From Chloroflexota bacterium (GTDB lineage Bacteria; Chloroflexota; Anaerolineae; JAAEKA01), in NCBI GenBank assembly GCA_029558955.1, contig JAKQCW010000124.1:598-64597 (forward strand): DNA of 64,000 nt, in the 5' to 3' direction. Position numbers and translations under genes: made by a program. The first letter of the stretch is position 1; the number at the start of each line of letters is the position of its first letter. The notes under the pieces were generated by a model. The model was not told the origin of the DNA, ran no database searches, and saw nothing but the letters and a program-made list of their open reading frames with translations. This document shows positions 1 to 11,415 of the stretch, in pieces.

Positions 1-63
1 TGTTGTTCCAAGCACGGCTTCGAGCGGCGTGCGCCAGATGGAGCCGCGCCGGCGCGAAGCCTC

Positions 64-3000
64 CTAACGACTGGCTTGCAGCAAGCGCGTGCCGGCGCTG
101 CTGGTCTCAGCAATCCAGCCGGTGACTGGGCCGAAGCGCACCTGCCACCAACGTAGCCCATCGGCCTGGAGCGGGCCCCCGATGACCTCGCCCCGATCGC
201 CTGACCGCACCCTGGCAAACACGTCATCCTCCGGTTTTTCCAGCCAGCCGGCCGAACGGCGCAGGTTGGCGCCGGCGTAGACCACCTCCACCTGTCCACC
301 GATCCGAATCTCATCCGATGGCGTCGCAACCTCTACCGTCGGCAGCGCAGCCGGCGGGTCCCGGCGCGCGTTGTCCCAGGCCAGGTTTTCAGCGATCACC
401 TCCTCGCCCAGGTGCAGCGTCACCTGCTTGCCCGGCCCGCCGCACTCGGCCAGCGGCCCCTCATCGGCCGCGTCCACCTTGATGATGTAGCGCCCCAGCC
501 CGGTGTTGTCATAAACGACGGTCGCCGCGCCGCAGCCCTCGGCGCCGTTCACCGTGGCGGTCAACTCCGGCGGCGCGGCGCCGGCCGCGTCGGCCTGGAT
601 CTCGCCGAAATAGACGGCCGGCGGTGTGCGGCTGACGGGGTTGGCCAGGGCCACGACCTGCGGCTGGCCCAGCGCCGCCGCCGTCCCCACCTTCAGCACC
701 AGCGTGATCGGCTCGGTGACGTTGATCCAGTAGCCCTGGCCGAACCGAAGCGTTTGCAGGTCGTTGGCCCATGCCTGCTCTGGCCCGACGCGACGGTCGT
801 ACACCGTCCAGGGCGCGCCAGGCTCGGCGGCGTCGAAGCCGTAGACCGTGGAGTAGCAGCAGTCAGCGCCGCGGCCGATCTGGTTGCCATCCAGCGAGGC
901 CAGCGCCTCGGCGATGGGCAGGTCCATGGGCACGGGGTAGGCGAACAGGTTCCAGCCGGCCGTGTAGAAGGGGATCTCCACGCCCGCGGTCAGCACGTAG
1001 AGGCCCGACTGCTCCGCCTTGGCCGTGGCCTGGTTCTCGGCCGGATCGCGCTGGGTAGGCAGGCGGGTCCAGGTGACGCCCTCGTCGGGGGAGTAGTAGA
1101 TGGTCAGCGTGTGCTCGTAGCCTTCGGGAACCTCGCGCTGGTAGTAGGCGAATTCGATGCTGCGCGGCGCCGCGTCGGCGGCCTGGAAGCGGTAGGCCTG
1201 GCCCACCGGGGTCAGCCAGGCCGGCAGGCCGGGCGGCTTGGGCAGCGCCTCCAGCGACTCGACGCCGGTGTCGCCGGTCAGCGCGTCGGTGCGGTTGAAG
1301 ATGGTCACGCCGCCGTCCTCGGAGGACATGGGCGCGCCCAGGGCCCGGCTGTTGGCATAGAGGCCGCGCACGTCGGCGCCCAGCAATGCCCGGTCATCGG
1401 TTCCCAGCAAGGCGCGGTCATCGGTGCCCAGCAGGGCCCTGTCATCGGTTCCCAGCAGGGCCCTGTCATCGGCGCCCAGCAGGGCCCTGTCATCGGTTCC
1501 CAGCAGGGCGCGGTCATCGGTCCAGAGCAGGCCGCGGTCATCGGTGCCCAGCAACGCCCTGTCATCGGTGCCCAGCAGGGCGCGGTCATCGGTGCCCAGC
1601 AGCGCCCGATCGTCGGTCCACAGCCCCGCCCAATAGTCCACGCCCAGCAAAGCCCGGTCATCGGTGCCCAGCAAGGCGCGGTCATCGGTGCCCAGCAGAG
1701 CGCGGTCATCGGTGCCCAGCAAAGCCCGGTCGTCGGCGCCCAGCAAGGCGCGATCGTCGGCGCCCAGCAGGGCGCGATCGTCGGTGCCCAGCAAAGCGCG
1801 ATCATCGGTGCCCAGCAGGGCGCGGTCATCGGTGCGCAGCCCCAGCGGATCGATCCGCGCGATCAGTTGCTCCAGGGTGAGAGCCCCGACCAGCCCGTCA
1901 TCGGGTTGGCCATGGCGGCGCCGGGCCAGCGTCCGCACCAAGGCCAGCTTGCGCGGCCAACTGGGCGTCAGCGTGACGGTCGCGTCGCCCCAGGTGTAGG
2001 CGCCGTCAGGCGCGCGGCTGGCCTGGAGATAGAAGCGGCTCACGGCCTCGCGCCGATCGTGCAGCCACGCCCCCTGCTCGCCGCCGGACGCGGCGTTCTC
2101 CAGCCAGGTGCGCACCATGCCGGTGTAGGCCGGATAGTCCAGCGTCACCTGCGCCCGCAAGCGCTCGTCCCCATCCCCGGCCAGCGGCGCCGCCACAGCC
2201 ACCGGCGCAAAGGCCTGGCTGCCCAACTGATAGCCCGGCAGAATCTGCGTCAACAGGCGCTGGTCGGCGGAGATGGGCTGCGTCACGGTGATGGCCAGCC
2301 CCGGCCGGGCGATCTGGATCGACGCGGCCTGGCCGGGCGCGGCCGGCTGGCTGGTCGCGATGGCCACCGACCCGCCGCGGAAGAGCCAGGCATCCAGCGC
2401 CGGAACGGTGGTCGACAGCGATTTGGTCCCGGAGAGCACCACCGTGAACCCCTGGCCGCCGCCAGCCTCCGGCATCCAGCGCACCGTGGCCAGCCCCAGC
2501 TCCGGCATCTGCTGAACCGCGGCCCTTCCCTGGCCGTCCAGGGCTGTGACCGCGATGGCCGGCCCGGCCGGCCCGGCCGCCTGAGTCACGCTGATCAACA
2601 GCGTCGGGACCATCACCGGTCGCACCTGAACGTTGGGCTGCCAGCCCTCGACGGACGCGATGGGGATCGAGGTGGAGAGCGCGGAGACATCTTCGGCGCA
2701 GCCGATCAGCGCCGCGTCCCCGCTGTTGTCGAAGACACAGACGCGGTCGCCCTCGGTCGCGCCGCGCACCTTGATCGAGTCGCTGCGTCCCGTGACCCCC
2801 AGCGCGATCACCGTGTCGTCGCTGAGATCCGGGGTGCCGTGGGACTGGAACAAGAAGGTTTGGCCCTGCGCCACCGACATCCGGCCGCCGTCGGCCGCAT
2901 TGCGCAGATCGAAGAAGCGCGCCGGCAAGGCCGCGCCGCCGCCGGCCGGCTGCACGAACTGCACCTGGGTGACGGCCAGCGGCAGCGCGGCCGGGCCGGG

Positions 3001-6000
3001 GTTGACCCGCTCATCCGGCCGGTTCACCATGGGATAGTGGCGCTGGATCATCTCCCAGTCTGAGAACTTGGTGGTGTGGGCGGCCAGGGTATCGCGGCAT
3101 TCGCCCGGCCACTCGGCCACCGTCTCGCCGTCGGCGCCCTGGCTGTAAAAGCGCGCCGCGCCGAAGTCCGCGAATTCGCTGTAGGCATCGTCGTAGGCCG
3201 TGGTCATCACGCTGCCCGCGCAGTCCACGCTGATCACGTCGACGATGCTGCCGTCGGCCGCGGTGTGGTAGCCCAGGTAGTTGTCGGGCAGGAAGAGCAG
3301 GTGATGGCCCAGCTCGTGGGCGAAGGCCCGCCACCAGTCGCGCCCCAGGTCGGCCCGGCTCTGGCCGAACGGGTCCCACACCGGCCCGATGCGGATCGCA
3401 CCCGGATTGTAGGCCTTGGCGATCTGTACGCCGTCGCGGTCCTGCTCGTCCAGCGCCCGTTGCACGATGCCCCCCATGCTGGCGCGCGGCCGCACCCGAT
3501 TGCTGGCGTAGATCTGCACATCCGAGGTCAGCCACTGCTCCTTGTTCTGGAAGACGCGCACCCGACCCAGCGCCATCTGGCCGTTGGACAGATCGTACAG
3601 CACCTCCGACGAGCGCTGGAACGCCTCTTCCAACTGCAAGAGAAAATCGGGATCGCCGGTCGCGTCCCATTCCAGCGAGACATTCAGGTCGAAGAGCAGC
3701 AGGGGATTGTCGGGCGAAATGAAGAGCTCCCGCAGCAGGGCGCCGCTGACCACCGTCGAGGCGGCGATGGTGGTGCTGATCGGCTCGGCGCTGGTGTGGA
3801 AGAGCGTATAGGCCGTGGTGACGGTGCGGGTGCGGGTGATGGGCAACAGCGCGACCAGGGTGTCATCGGCGTCGATCTGGCCGCGGCCCTGCAAGAAGCC
3901 GTTGATGTCGGTGCGATAGGGGCCCCGGCTGCTGCCCAGCGGCCGCGCGCCGGCCACCTGGCCCGCGGGCAGTCGAAAGACCAGCGCGCCGGCCGCCGGC
4001 TGGCCGCTGGCCTGGTCCAGAACGCGCACCTGCGCGCCGCGCACGGGGAAGGGCCCGGTGGCCGCGCCCGACGCGCCGATGCTGGCGCGTTCCGCGGCCG
4101 TGTTGGGCTGCACCAACGGCCGGGCGGCCGCGGTCAGGCGCAGCACCGCGTTGTCGCTGCGCCCCATCAGCCCATCGGCCGCCGTGTCCCAGACAAACAG
4201 GTGCTGGCCGCTGCCCAGCGCCGCGCTCTGCACGCCGGCCGCGGGGGTGGCTGGCAGCCAGGCGCCCGGGCCGTTGAGCGAGTAGAAGGCCCGCACGTCG
4301 GCCAGCCTGCCCGGCGCGCCGTTGCTCAGGGTGAAGGTGACCGTCACCTCTGTCTGCGGGCTGATCAGCGCCGGCGGCCCGCTGCCAACGCCGCCGGCCG
4401 GCGTCTGCACCGCCAACCTGGGCGCGCCGGCCGCGGCCAGCCGCTCCCCCAACAGATTGCGAAACAGCACGCCGCCGGCCAGCAGGTCGGCCGCGCCGTC
4501 GCGGTTCGCATCGCCCCAGGCCACCCCGCCGCCGCTGCGCTTGGTCTCAGTCCAGGCCGCGTTGGGGTCCAGCAGGCCGTTGTCGTTCAGATAGAGCCGC
4601 GCGGCCTGGTCTCCGTTGATCGCCAGGTCCAGGTCGCCGTCGTTGTCCACGTCGCCCCAGGCCAGCCGGGCGTTGCGGTTGGTCTCGCGCGCGGTCCAGG
4701 TGGCGCTGGCGCTCAGCCGCCCCCCCTGGTTGCGGTAGAGATGCACCGCCTCATCCTGGTTGGAAACGGCCAGGTCCAGGTCGCCATCGCCGTCGTAATC
4801 GCCCCAGGCCAGGTTGCGCGTCTCGGCCGTCTGTTCCGACTCCCACGAGGGCTGGGCGTCCAGCACGCCGCCCCGGTTGACGTAAAGTCGCAGCCGCTGG
4901 CGGCGGTCGGCCACCAGCAGGTCCAGGTCGCCGTCGTTGTCCACATCGCCCCAGGCCAGCGCGCTGGTGTCCTGCGGCGCGGGCACGCGCCACACCGCGT
5001 CGGCCGACAGGCCGCGCGCCGGCGCGGCCGCCTGCGTGCCGGTCAGCGTCTGGCTGACGTTGGGCAGCACGCGCGCCACCCCGTCGCGGCAGATCAGGTT
5101 GCCCTGCGCATCGCGGCCACAGCTTTCCCCCGCGCCCACCGCCAGGTCCAAAAAGCCGTCGCCGTCCACATCGCCCCAGACCAGGCTGGAGATGGTCTCC
5201 TCGCTCAGCCCCTGCCACGTCGCGCCGGCGCTCAGCACGCCCTGATCGTTGCGAAAGAGCCGCACCCCGCCGTTCGAGCATTGCGGCTGGCCGCCCTCCA
5301 ACTGGCAGCTATAGGTGCGGATCAGGCTGCGCCCTCCCAGCCCCACCCAGCGGCAGTTGGTCACGCCGCCGGTGATGGCGCAGGAAGCCGCGCTGCCGGC
5401 GGCCAGGTCCGGGTCGCCATCGCGGTCATAGTCCCCCCAGGCCAGGGTGCGCACGTCGCCCCAGGCCCCGTCGGCGCTGCTCTGGGCCGGGTCGATGGGC
5501 TGGCGTTCCAGCGCGCCCTGCTGGTTGAGGTAGAGCCAGAGCTGACCGGGGGTGCATGGGGTGGGGCTGGTGCTGCACTGGCGGGAGAAGCCCAGCGCCA
5601 GGTCGAGGTCCTGGTCGCCATCCACATCGGCCCAGGCGGCCGAGACGGGCGCGCCGTCGCCGCTCTGCGGCAAGACCTGAGCGGCCGCCAGCGGCTGGCT
5701 GGTGTTGCGGTAGAGGCGGTTGGGCTGGTTGGAGGCGTTGCCCGCGCCCACGGCCAGGTCCAGGTCGCCGTCGCCGTCCACGTCGCCCCAGGCCAGGCCG
5801 GCCGCGTTGAAGCTGTCCTGGCTTTGCCAGCTTTCCTGGGCAGCGATGCGGCCCCCCTGGTTGGGGTAGACCCGCAGCCGGCACTGGCTGCGGGAGGCGG
5901 CGCAGTCCGAGCCCACCGCCAGATCTTCGCGGCCGTCTGCGTCCAGGTCCCCCAGCGCCAGCGACTGAATGGATTGGGTGGTGGTCATGGTCCAACTGCT

Positions 6001-7053
6001 CTGCCAGCTTTCGCTGCCCGGCTCCCGGCTGATCAGCCACAGTCGGCGCGGCTCGCGGCCGCCGGCGGCCACCACGTCGGGGCGGCCATCGCCGGTCACA
6101 TCGCCCACCGCCAGGTCGATGACGGCGCCCTCGGTCGCGGCCAGGGGGGTGGCTGTGCGGGCCAGGCCGGTCGGGCCGTTGTCGTAGAACGCCACGCCGC
6201 TCTGGCCCCCCACCACCAGCTCCAGCGCCGGGTCGTCGTCCAGGTTGACCCAGACCAGCGCCATGCTGTCCTCCATGTCGGCCGATGTCCAGATGGCCTC
6301 CTGGCTGAAGCGGCCACCTTCGTTGCGATACAGGCGGTTGGCGGCCAGGGGGCAGGGCTGTCCCGCGCTGCAGCCGCGCTCCGGCAGCACGTTGGCCACG
6401 GCCAGGTCCAGATCGCCGTCGCCGTCCGCGTCGCCCAGCGCCAGGGCGCGCGAGTCGTCGGCCTGGCGGGAGCTCCAGACGGCCTGGCGGGTCAGTTGGC
6501 CCCGAACGTTTTCGTAGAGACGTTCCAGACCGGGGGTGCAGCGGGTCTGCGTCCCCAGTTGGGTGGTTGTCGCCTGGCAGCGCACGCTGTTGGCCACCAC
6601 CAGGTCCAGGTCGCCGTCGCCGTCCACATCCCCCCAGGCCAGCGCGCTGCTGGCATCGCTTTCGGCCGAGGTCCAGGCGCCGGGCGCGTCGCTGCGCAGC
6701 GTGCCCCCCACGTTGATGGTGAGACGGCTGGGGCCGTTGACGTTGCTGACGGCCAGGTCCAGGTCGCCGTCGCCATCCACATCGCCCCAGGCTGCGCCGG
6801 TGGTGGCCGAGGCATCCTGCGACAGCCAGGCCAGCGTCAGCGGCTGCGCGGCTTCGTCCGTTCCGACGGGCTGTTCGGGCGGTGCGCCCTGCGCCGCGCC
6901 GCCTGGCGCGGCCAGAGTCAGAAATGCAGCCAGCAGCAGGCCAGCCAGGCCCAGCGCCAGGCCGGGGCGCGCCAGTCGTTCAGGCCAGCCGGCGTGGCCA
7001 GGCAGAATCCCCCGCGTCGGGTGCAATCGAACAGGATGGTCAGAGTTGTTCAT
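64..7053 (-). CDS. Giant secreted multidomain protein (~2329 aa). It has a signal peptide, at least 14 FG-GAP/VCBS-like repeats (WGDVDGDGDLDLAV), a central HExxH zinc-metallopeptidase-like motif (HELGHHLLFLPDNY, reminiscent of M6/InhA) and about 30 tandem TDDRALLG octapeptides near the C-terminus.
   Basis: ORF 64..7320 minus. The first ATG with a hydrophobic signal-like segment (RPGLALGLAGLLLAAFLTLAAPGGA) is codon 90, giving the start at 7053. Repeated WGDxDxDGDLDL motifs and the HELGH motif were read from the translation. Confidence 0.75.
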   Translation of the reverse strand: MNNSDHPVRLHPTRGILPGHAGWPERLARPGLALGLAGLLLAAFLTLAAPGGAAQGAPPEQPVGTDEAAQPLTLAWLSQDASATTGAAWGDVDGDGDLDLAVSNVNGPSRLTINVGGTLRSDAPGAWTSAESDASSALAWGDVDGDGDLDLVVANSVRCQATTTQLGTQTRCTPGLERLYENVRGQLTRQAVWSSRQADDSRALALGDADGDGDLDLAVANVLPERGCSAGQPCPLAANRLYRNEGGRFSQEAIWTSADMEDSMALVWVNLDDDPALELVVGGQSGVAFYDNGPTGLARTATPLAATEGAVIDLAVGDVTGDGRPDVVAAGGREPRRLWLISREPGSESWQSSWTMTTTQSIQSLALGDLDADGREDLAVGSDCAASRSQCRLRVYPNQGGRIAAQESWQSQDSFNAAGLAWGDVDGDGDLDLAVGAGNASNQPNRLYRNTSQPLAAAQVLPQSGDGAPVSAAWADVDGDQDLDLALGFSRQCSTSPTPCTPGQLWLYLNQQGALERQPIDPAQSSADGAWGDVRTLAWGDYDRDGDPDLAAGSAASCAITGGVTNCRWVGLGGRSLIRTYSCQLEGGQPQCSNGGVRLFRNDQGVLSAGATWQGLSEETISSLVWGDVDGDGFLDLAVGAGESCGRDAQGNLICRDGVARVLPNVSQTLTGTQAAAPARGLSADAVWRVPAPQDTSALAWGDVDNDGDLDLLVADRRQRLRLYVNRGGVLDAQPSWESEQTAETRNLAWGDYDGDGDLDLAVSNQDEAVHLYRNQGGRLSASATWTARETNRNARLAWGDVDNDGDLDLAINGDQAARLYLNDNGLLDPNAAWTETKRSGGGVAWGDANRDGAADLLAGGVLFRNLLGERLAAAGAPRLAVQTPAGGVGSGPPALISPQTEVTVTFTLSNGAPGRLADVRAFYSLNGPGAWLPATPAAGVQSAALGSGQHLFVWDTAADGLMGRSDNAVLRLTAAARPLVQPNTAAERASIGASGAATGPFPVRGAQVRVLDQASGQPAAGALVFRLPAGQVAGARPLGSSRGPYRTDINGFLQGRGQIDADDTLVALLPITRTRTVTTAYTLFHTSAEPISTTIAASTVVSGALLRELFISPDNPLLLFDLNVSLEWDATGDPDFLLQLEEAFQRSSEVLYDLSNGQMALGRVRVFQNKEQWLTSDVQIYASNRVRPRASMGGIVQRALDEQDRDGVQIAKAYNPGAIRIGPVWDPFGQSRADLGRDWWRAFAHELGHHLLFLPDNYLGYHTAADGSIVDVISVDCAGSVMTTAYDDAYSEFADFGAARFYSQGADGETVAEWPGECRDTLAAHTTKFSDWEMIQRHYPMVNRPDERVNPGPAALPLAVTQVQFVQPAGGGAALPARFFDLRNAADGGRMSVAQGQTFLFQSHGTPDLSDDTVIALGVTGRSDSIKVRGATEGDRVCVFDNSGDAALIGCAEDVSALSTSIPIASVEGWQPNVQVRPVMVPTLLISVTQAAGPAGPAIAVTALDGQGRAAVQQMPELGLATVRWMPEAGGGQGFTVVLSGTKSLSTTVPALDAWLFRGGSVAIATSQPAAPGQAASIQIARPGLAITVTQPISADQRLLTQILPGYQLGSQAFAPVAVAAPLAGDGDERLRAQVTLDYPAYTGMVRTWLENAASGGEQGAWLHDRREAVSRFYLQASRAPDGAYTWGDATVTLTPSWPRKLALVRTLARRRHGQPDDGLVGALTLEQLIARIDPLGLRTDDRALLGTDDRALLGTDDRALLGADDRALLGADDRALLGTDDRALLGTDDRALLGTDDRALLGVDYWAGLWTDDRALLGTDDRALLGTDDRALLGTDDRGLLWTDDRALLGTDDRALLGADDRALLGTDDRALLGTDDRALLGTDDRALLGADVRGLYANSRALGAPMSSEDGGVTIFNRTDALTGDTGVESLEALPKPPGLPAWLTPVGQAYRFQAADAAPRSIEFAYYQREVPEGYEHTLTIYYSPDEGVTWTRLPTQRDPAENQATAKAEQSGLYVLTAGVEIPFYTAGWNLFAYPVPMDLPIAEALASLDGNQIGRGADCCYSTVYGFDAAEPGAPWTVYDRRVGPEQAWANDLQTLRFGQGYWINVTEPITLVLKVGTAAALGQPQVVALANPVSRTPPAVYFGEIQADAAGAAPPELTATVNGAEGCGAATVVYDNTGLGRYIIKVDAADEGPLAECGGPGKQVTLHLGEEVIAENLAWDNARRDPPAALPTVEVATPSDEIRIGGQVEVVYAGANLRRSAGWLEKPEDDVFARVRSGDRGEVIGGPLQADGLRWWQVRFGPVTGWIAETSSAGTRLLQASR
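1380..1850. repeat. 24-nt tandem repeat array inside the giant CDS, encoding (T/A)DDRALLG octapeptides. About 19 near-perfect DNA copies.
   Basis: Direct repeats ggtgcccagcagggcgcggtcatc and variants are visible in the sequence. Both strands translate to repetitive peptides in the ORF track. Confidence 0.85.
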
Positions 7054-7089
7054 GCGCTTGTCGCCTTGGTGTTGATCCACAATCAGCTC

Positions 7090-7160
7090 GCCGTTCGGGC
7101 CGGTCTCCGACCGAGCCCCGCCGCGCGCGCCGCTCGGGCCGGTCTCCGACCGAGCCCCGC
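7090..7160. repeat. Two direct copies of cgggccggtctccgaccgagcccc in the divergent promoter region. This is a member of dispersed repeat family A.
   Basis: Copies at 7096-7119 and 7135-7158. The same core recurs at 26600-27060, and in inverted form at 17650-17835. Confidence 0.8.
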
Positions 7161-7185
7161 TCTCCTGTTCAACGGCGCGGACAGC

Positions 7186-7214
7186 TTTTTGTTTCACCCC
7201 CTCCGGCATATAAT
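7186..7214 (+). promoter_or_regulatory. Candidate sigma70-type promoter for pncB. The -10 element TATAAT is at 7209-7214. The -35 element is weak.
   Basis: catataattcacg lies 42 nt upstream of the pncB ATG. An AAGGAG ribosome-binding site is at 7244-7249. Confidence 0.3.
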
Positions 7215-7255
7215 TCACGCCACGACTCCACACCGGCTGCACAAGGAGAACGACC

Positions 7256-8806
<1,551 letters not shown>

Positions 8807-9056
8807 CCGATGTCGCCTGAAACGCACGCGCAGTCGCAGCAGCAAAAACTCTCCAGGCCTGCGCCGGGCGAAATCGTGGCCGACCTGTGGGTGCAGCATT
8901 CCCGGCCCGGCAGGTTTCCAGATCGTGCGCCCGACGCGATCAGATGGTTGAGCCGGAGGCGGCCTTTGGGGCCCCAGTCCCTGGCGCGCCTCCGGTTTCT
9001 CGCGATATTTCCCCCTGTGGTACACTCCGTGGCATCACATCATCAGGAGACAACCC

Positions 9057-10847
9057 ATGACTGAACCATTGCTGACCGGCGCGGAAGAGATCGCCTGGAA
9101 CCTGGCCGATCTCTACGCCGCCATGGACGATCCGCAGCTCGACGCGGATCTGGACACCTGCGACGCCGAGGCGCAGGCCTTTCAGGCTGACTACCGCGGC
9201 CGCGTGGCCAACCTGAGCGCGGCCGAGTTGGCTGCACTCATCACCCGCTATGAGACGCTCAACGAGCGCATGGGCCGCATCGGCGCCTTTGCCGGCCTGA
9301 ACTGGACCCAGAACACCGAAGACCCGGCGCGCGGCGCGCTGATGCAGCGCATCACCGAGCGCGGCGCCCGGCTGAGCCAGGAGCTGGTCTTCCTGGATCT
9401 GGAGCTGGCCGCCGCGCCCGACGAGACCGCGGCGGCCTGGCTGGCCGATCCGGCGTTGGCCCGCTGGCGGCATTGGCTGGAGATGGTGCGCATCTTTCGG
9501 CCCCACCTGCTCAGCGAGCCGGAGGAAAAGCTCCTGAGTGAGAAATCGGTCACCGGCGCGGCCGCCTGGGTGCGCTTCTTCGAGGAGGTGCATGGCGCGG
9601 CCCGCTATGAGCTGGACGGCGAACAACTGAGCCGCGATCAGACGCTCAGCAAGCTCTACGACCAGGATCGCGACCTGCGCCGGCGCGCGGCGGCCGCGGT
9701 CACGGCCGGCCTCAAGACCATGCAGCGCACCAACACCTACGTCTTCAATACCCTGCTGGCCGACAAGGCCTCCGACGATCGGCTGCGCAGCTACCCGACC
9801 TGGATCAGCGGCCGTAACCTGGGCAACCAGGTGGACGACCGCACGGTGGAGGCGCTGATCGACGCAGTCACCGGCCGCTACGACATCGTGGCGCGCTATT
9901 ACCGGCTCAAGCGCCGCCTGCTGGGGCTGGATGAGCTGTTCGACTACGACCGCTACGCCCCGCTGCCGGCCGCCGATCGCTTTTACTCCTGGGAGCAGGG
10001 GCGGCAGATCGTGCTGGACGCCTACGGCCGCTTCCATCCGCGCATGGCCGAGGTGGCCGGCTGGTTCTTCGATGGGCGCTGGATCGACGCGCCGCCGCGG
10101 CCGGGCAAGATGGGGGGCGCCTTCAGCCACGGCGTCGTGCCCTCGGTGCATCCCTACATCCTGCTCAACTACGAGGCCAAGCCCAGGGACGTGATGACCC
10201 TGGCCCACGAGCTGGGCCACGGCGTGCATCAGAAGCTGTCGGGGGTGCAGGGCGTCCTGCAGGCTGACACGCCGCTGACCACGGCCGAGACCGCCTCGGT
10301 TTTCGGCGAGATGTTGGTCTTCCAAAGCCTGATGGCGCAGGAGAGCGACCCGGCCACGCGGCTGGGGATGCTCACCGGCAAGATCGAGGACAGCTTCGCC
10401 ACCGCTTTCCGCCAGATCAGCATGAACCGCTTCGAGCACGCCATGCACACGGCGCGGCGCGAGGAGGGCGAGCTCACCACCGAGCGCTTCAGTGAGCTGT
10501 GGCTGGCGACGCAGCGCGCCATGTTCGGCGACAGCGTGACCATGACCGAGGACTATGGCCTGTGGTGGAGCTATGTGCCGCACTTCCTGGGCACGCCCGG
10601 CTACGTCTATGCCTACGCCTTCGGCGAGCTGCTGGTGCTGGCGCTCTATGCCCGCTACCGGCAGGAGGGGGGCGACTTCCCCGAGCGCTACATCGCCATG
10701 CTGACCGCCGGCGGCTCCAACTGGCCGCACGAGATCGTCAAGCCGCTGGGCGTGGACCTGACCGACCCCGACTTCTGGGGCAACGGGCTGGACATCCTGG
10801 AAGGGCTGGTGGCCGAGGCAGAGCAGTTGGCGGATAGTTTGGGTTGA
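9057..10847 (+). CDS. pepF: Oligoendopeptidase F (M3B family zinc metallopeptidase)
   Basis: 596 aa with the HELGHGVHQ zinc-binding motif and overall PepF-like layout. An AGGAGA ribosome-binding site is present. Confidence 0.85.
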   Translation: MTEPLLTGAEEIAWNLADLYAAMDDPQLDADLDTCDAEAQAFQADYRGRVANLSAAELAALITRYETLNERMGRIGAFAGLNWTQNTEDPARGALMQRITERGARLSQELVFLDLELAAAPDETAAAWLADPALARWRHWLEMVRIFRPHLLSEPEEKLLSEKSVTGAAAWVRFFEEVHGAARYELDGEQLSRDQTLSKLYDQDRDLRRRAAAAVTAGLKTMQRTNTYVFNTLLADKASDDRLRSYPTWISGRNLGNQVDDRTVEALIDAVTGRYDIVARYYRLKRRLLGLDELFDYDRYAPLPAADRFYSWEQGRQIVLDAYGRFHPRMAEVAGWFFDGRWIDAPPRPGKMGGAFSHGVVPSVHPYILLNYEAKPRDVMTLAHELGHGVHQKLSGVQGVLQADTPLTTAETASVFGEMLVFQSLMAQESDPATRLGMLTGKIEDSFATAFRQISMNRFEHAMHTARREEGELTTERFSELWLATQRAMFGDSVTMTEDYGLWWSYVPHFLGTPGYVYAYAFGELLVLALYARYRQEGGDFPERYIAMLTAGGSNWPHEIVKPLGVDLTDPDFWGNGLDILEGLVAEAEQLADSLG

Positions 10848-10849
10848 GG

Positions 10850-11415
10850 TGCGGAGCCGTCCACGAATGGAGCACGAATACACGAATGCGGTTGGTGTGG
10901 CGCGCCGTCCACGAATGGGGCACGAATACACGAATGCGGTTGGTGTGACGCGCGCCGTCCACGAATGGGGCACGAATACACGAATGCGCTCGCCGCAGCA
11001 ACTGCTTCTTCGCCCATGTGGGTGCCGACTGCACCTCCACCCGTGTGAGCGTCGACTGCACCTCCATCCATGTGGGCGCCGACTGCACCTCCACCCGTGT
11101 GAGCGGCGACTGCACCTCCACCCGTGTGAGCGTCGACTGAACATCCATCCATGTGGGCGCCGACTGGATATCCACCCATGTGGACGCCGACTGAACATCC
11201 ACCATGGATGTCATCTACGCAGAATCTCCCGTACGCACACCCAAGCATTCGTGTATTCGTGGCCCCATTCGTGGACGGCCCCCCGCGCACCCAAGCATTC
11301 GTGTATTCGTGCCCCATTCGTGGACGGCGCGCGTCACACCCAAGCATTCGTGTATTCGTGGCCCCATTCGTGGATGGCCCCCCGCACACCCGAACATTCG
11401 TGTACTCGTGCGGTA
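10850..11415. repeat. Composite palindromic repeat block. It has 3 direct copies of a ~62-bp unit (ccgtccacgaatggggcacgaatacacgaatgcg...), then ~7 tandem ~30-bp units (cgactgcacctccacccgtgtgagcg alternating with ...atccatgtgggcg), then 4 inverted copies of the first unit (cacccaagcattcgtgtattcgtggccccattcgtggacgg).
   Basis: Read directly from the sequence. ORF-track entries here (10688..11914 minus, 10849..11430 plus, 11204..11548 plus) translate to repetitive HEYTNA-type peptides on both strands, so they are not genes. Confidence 0.85.
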
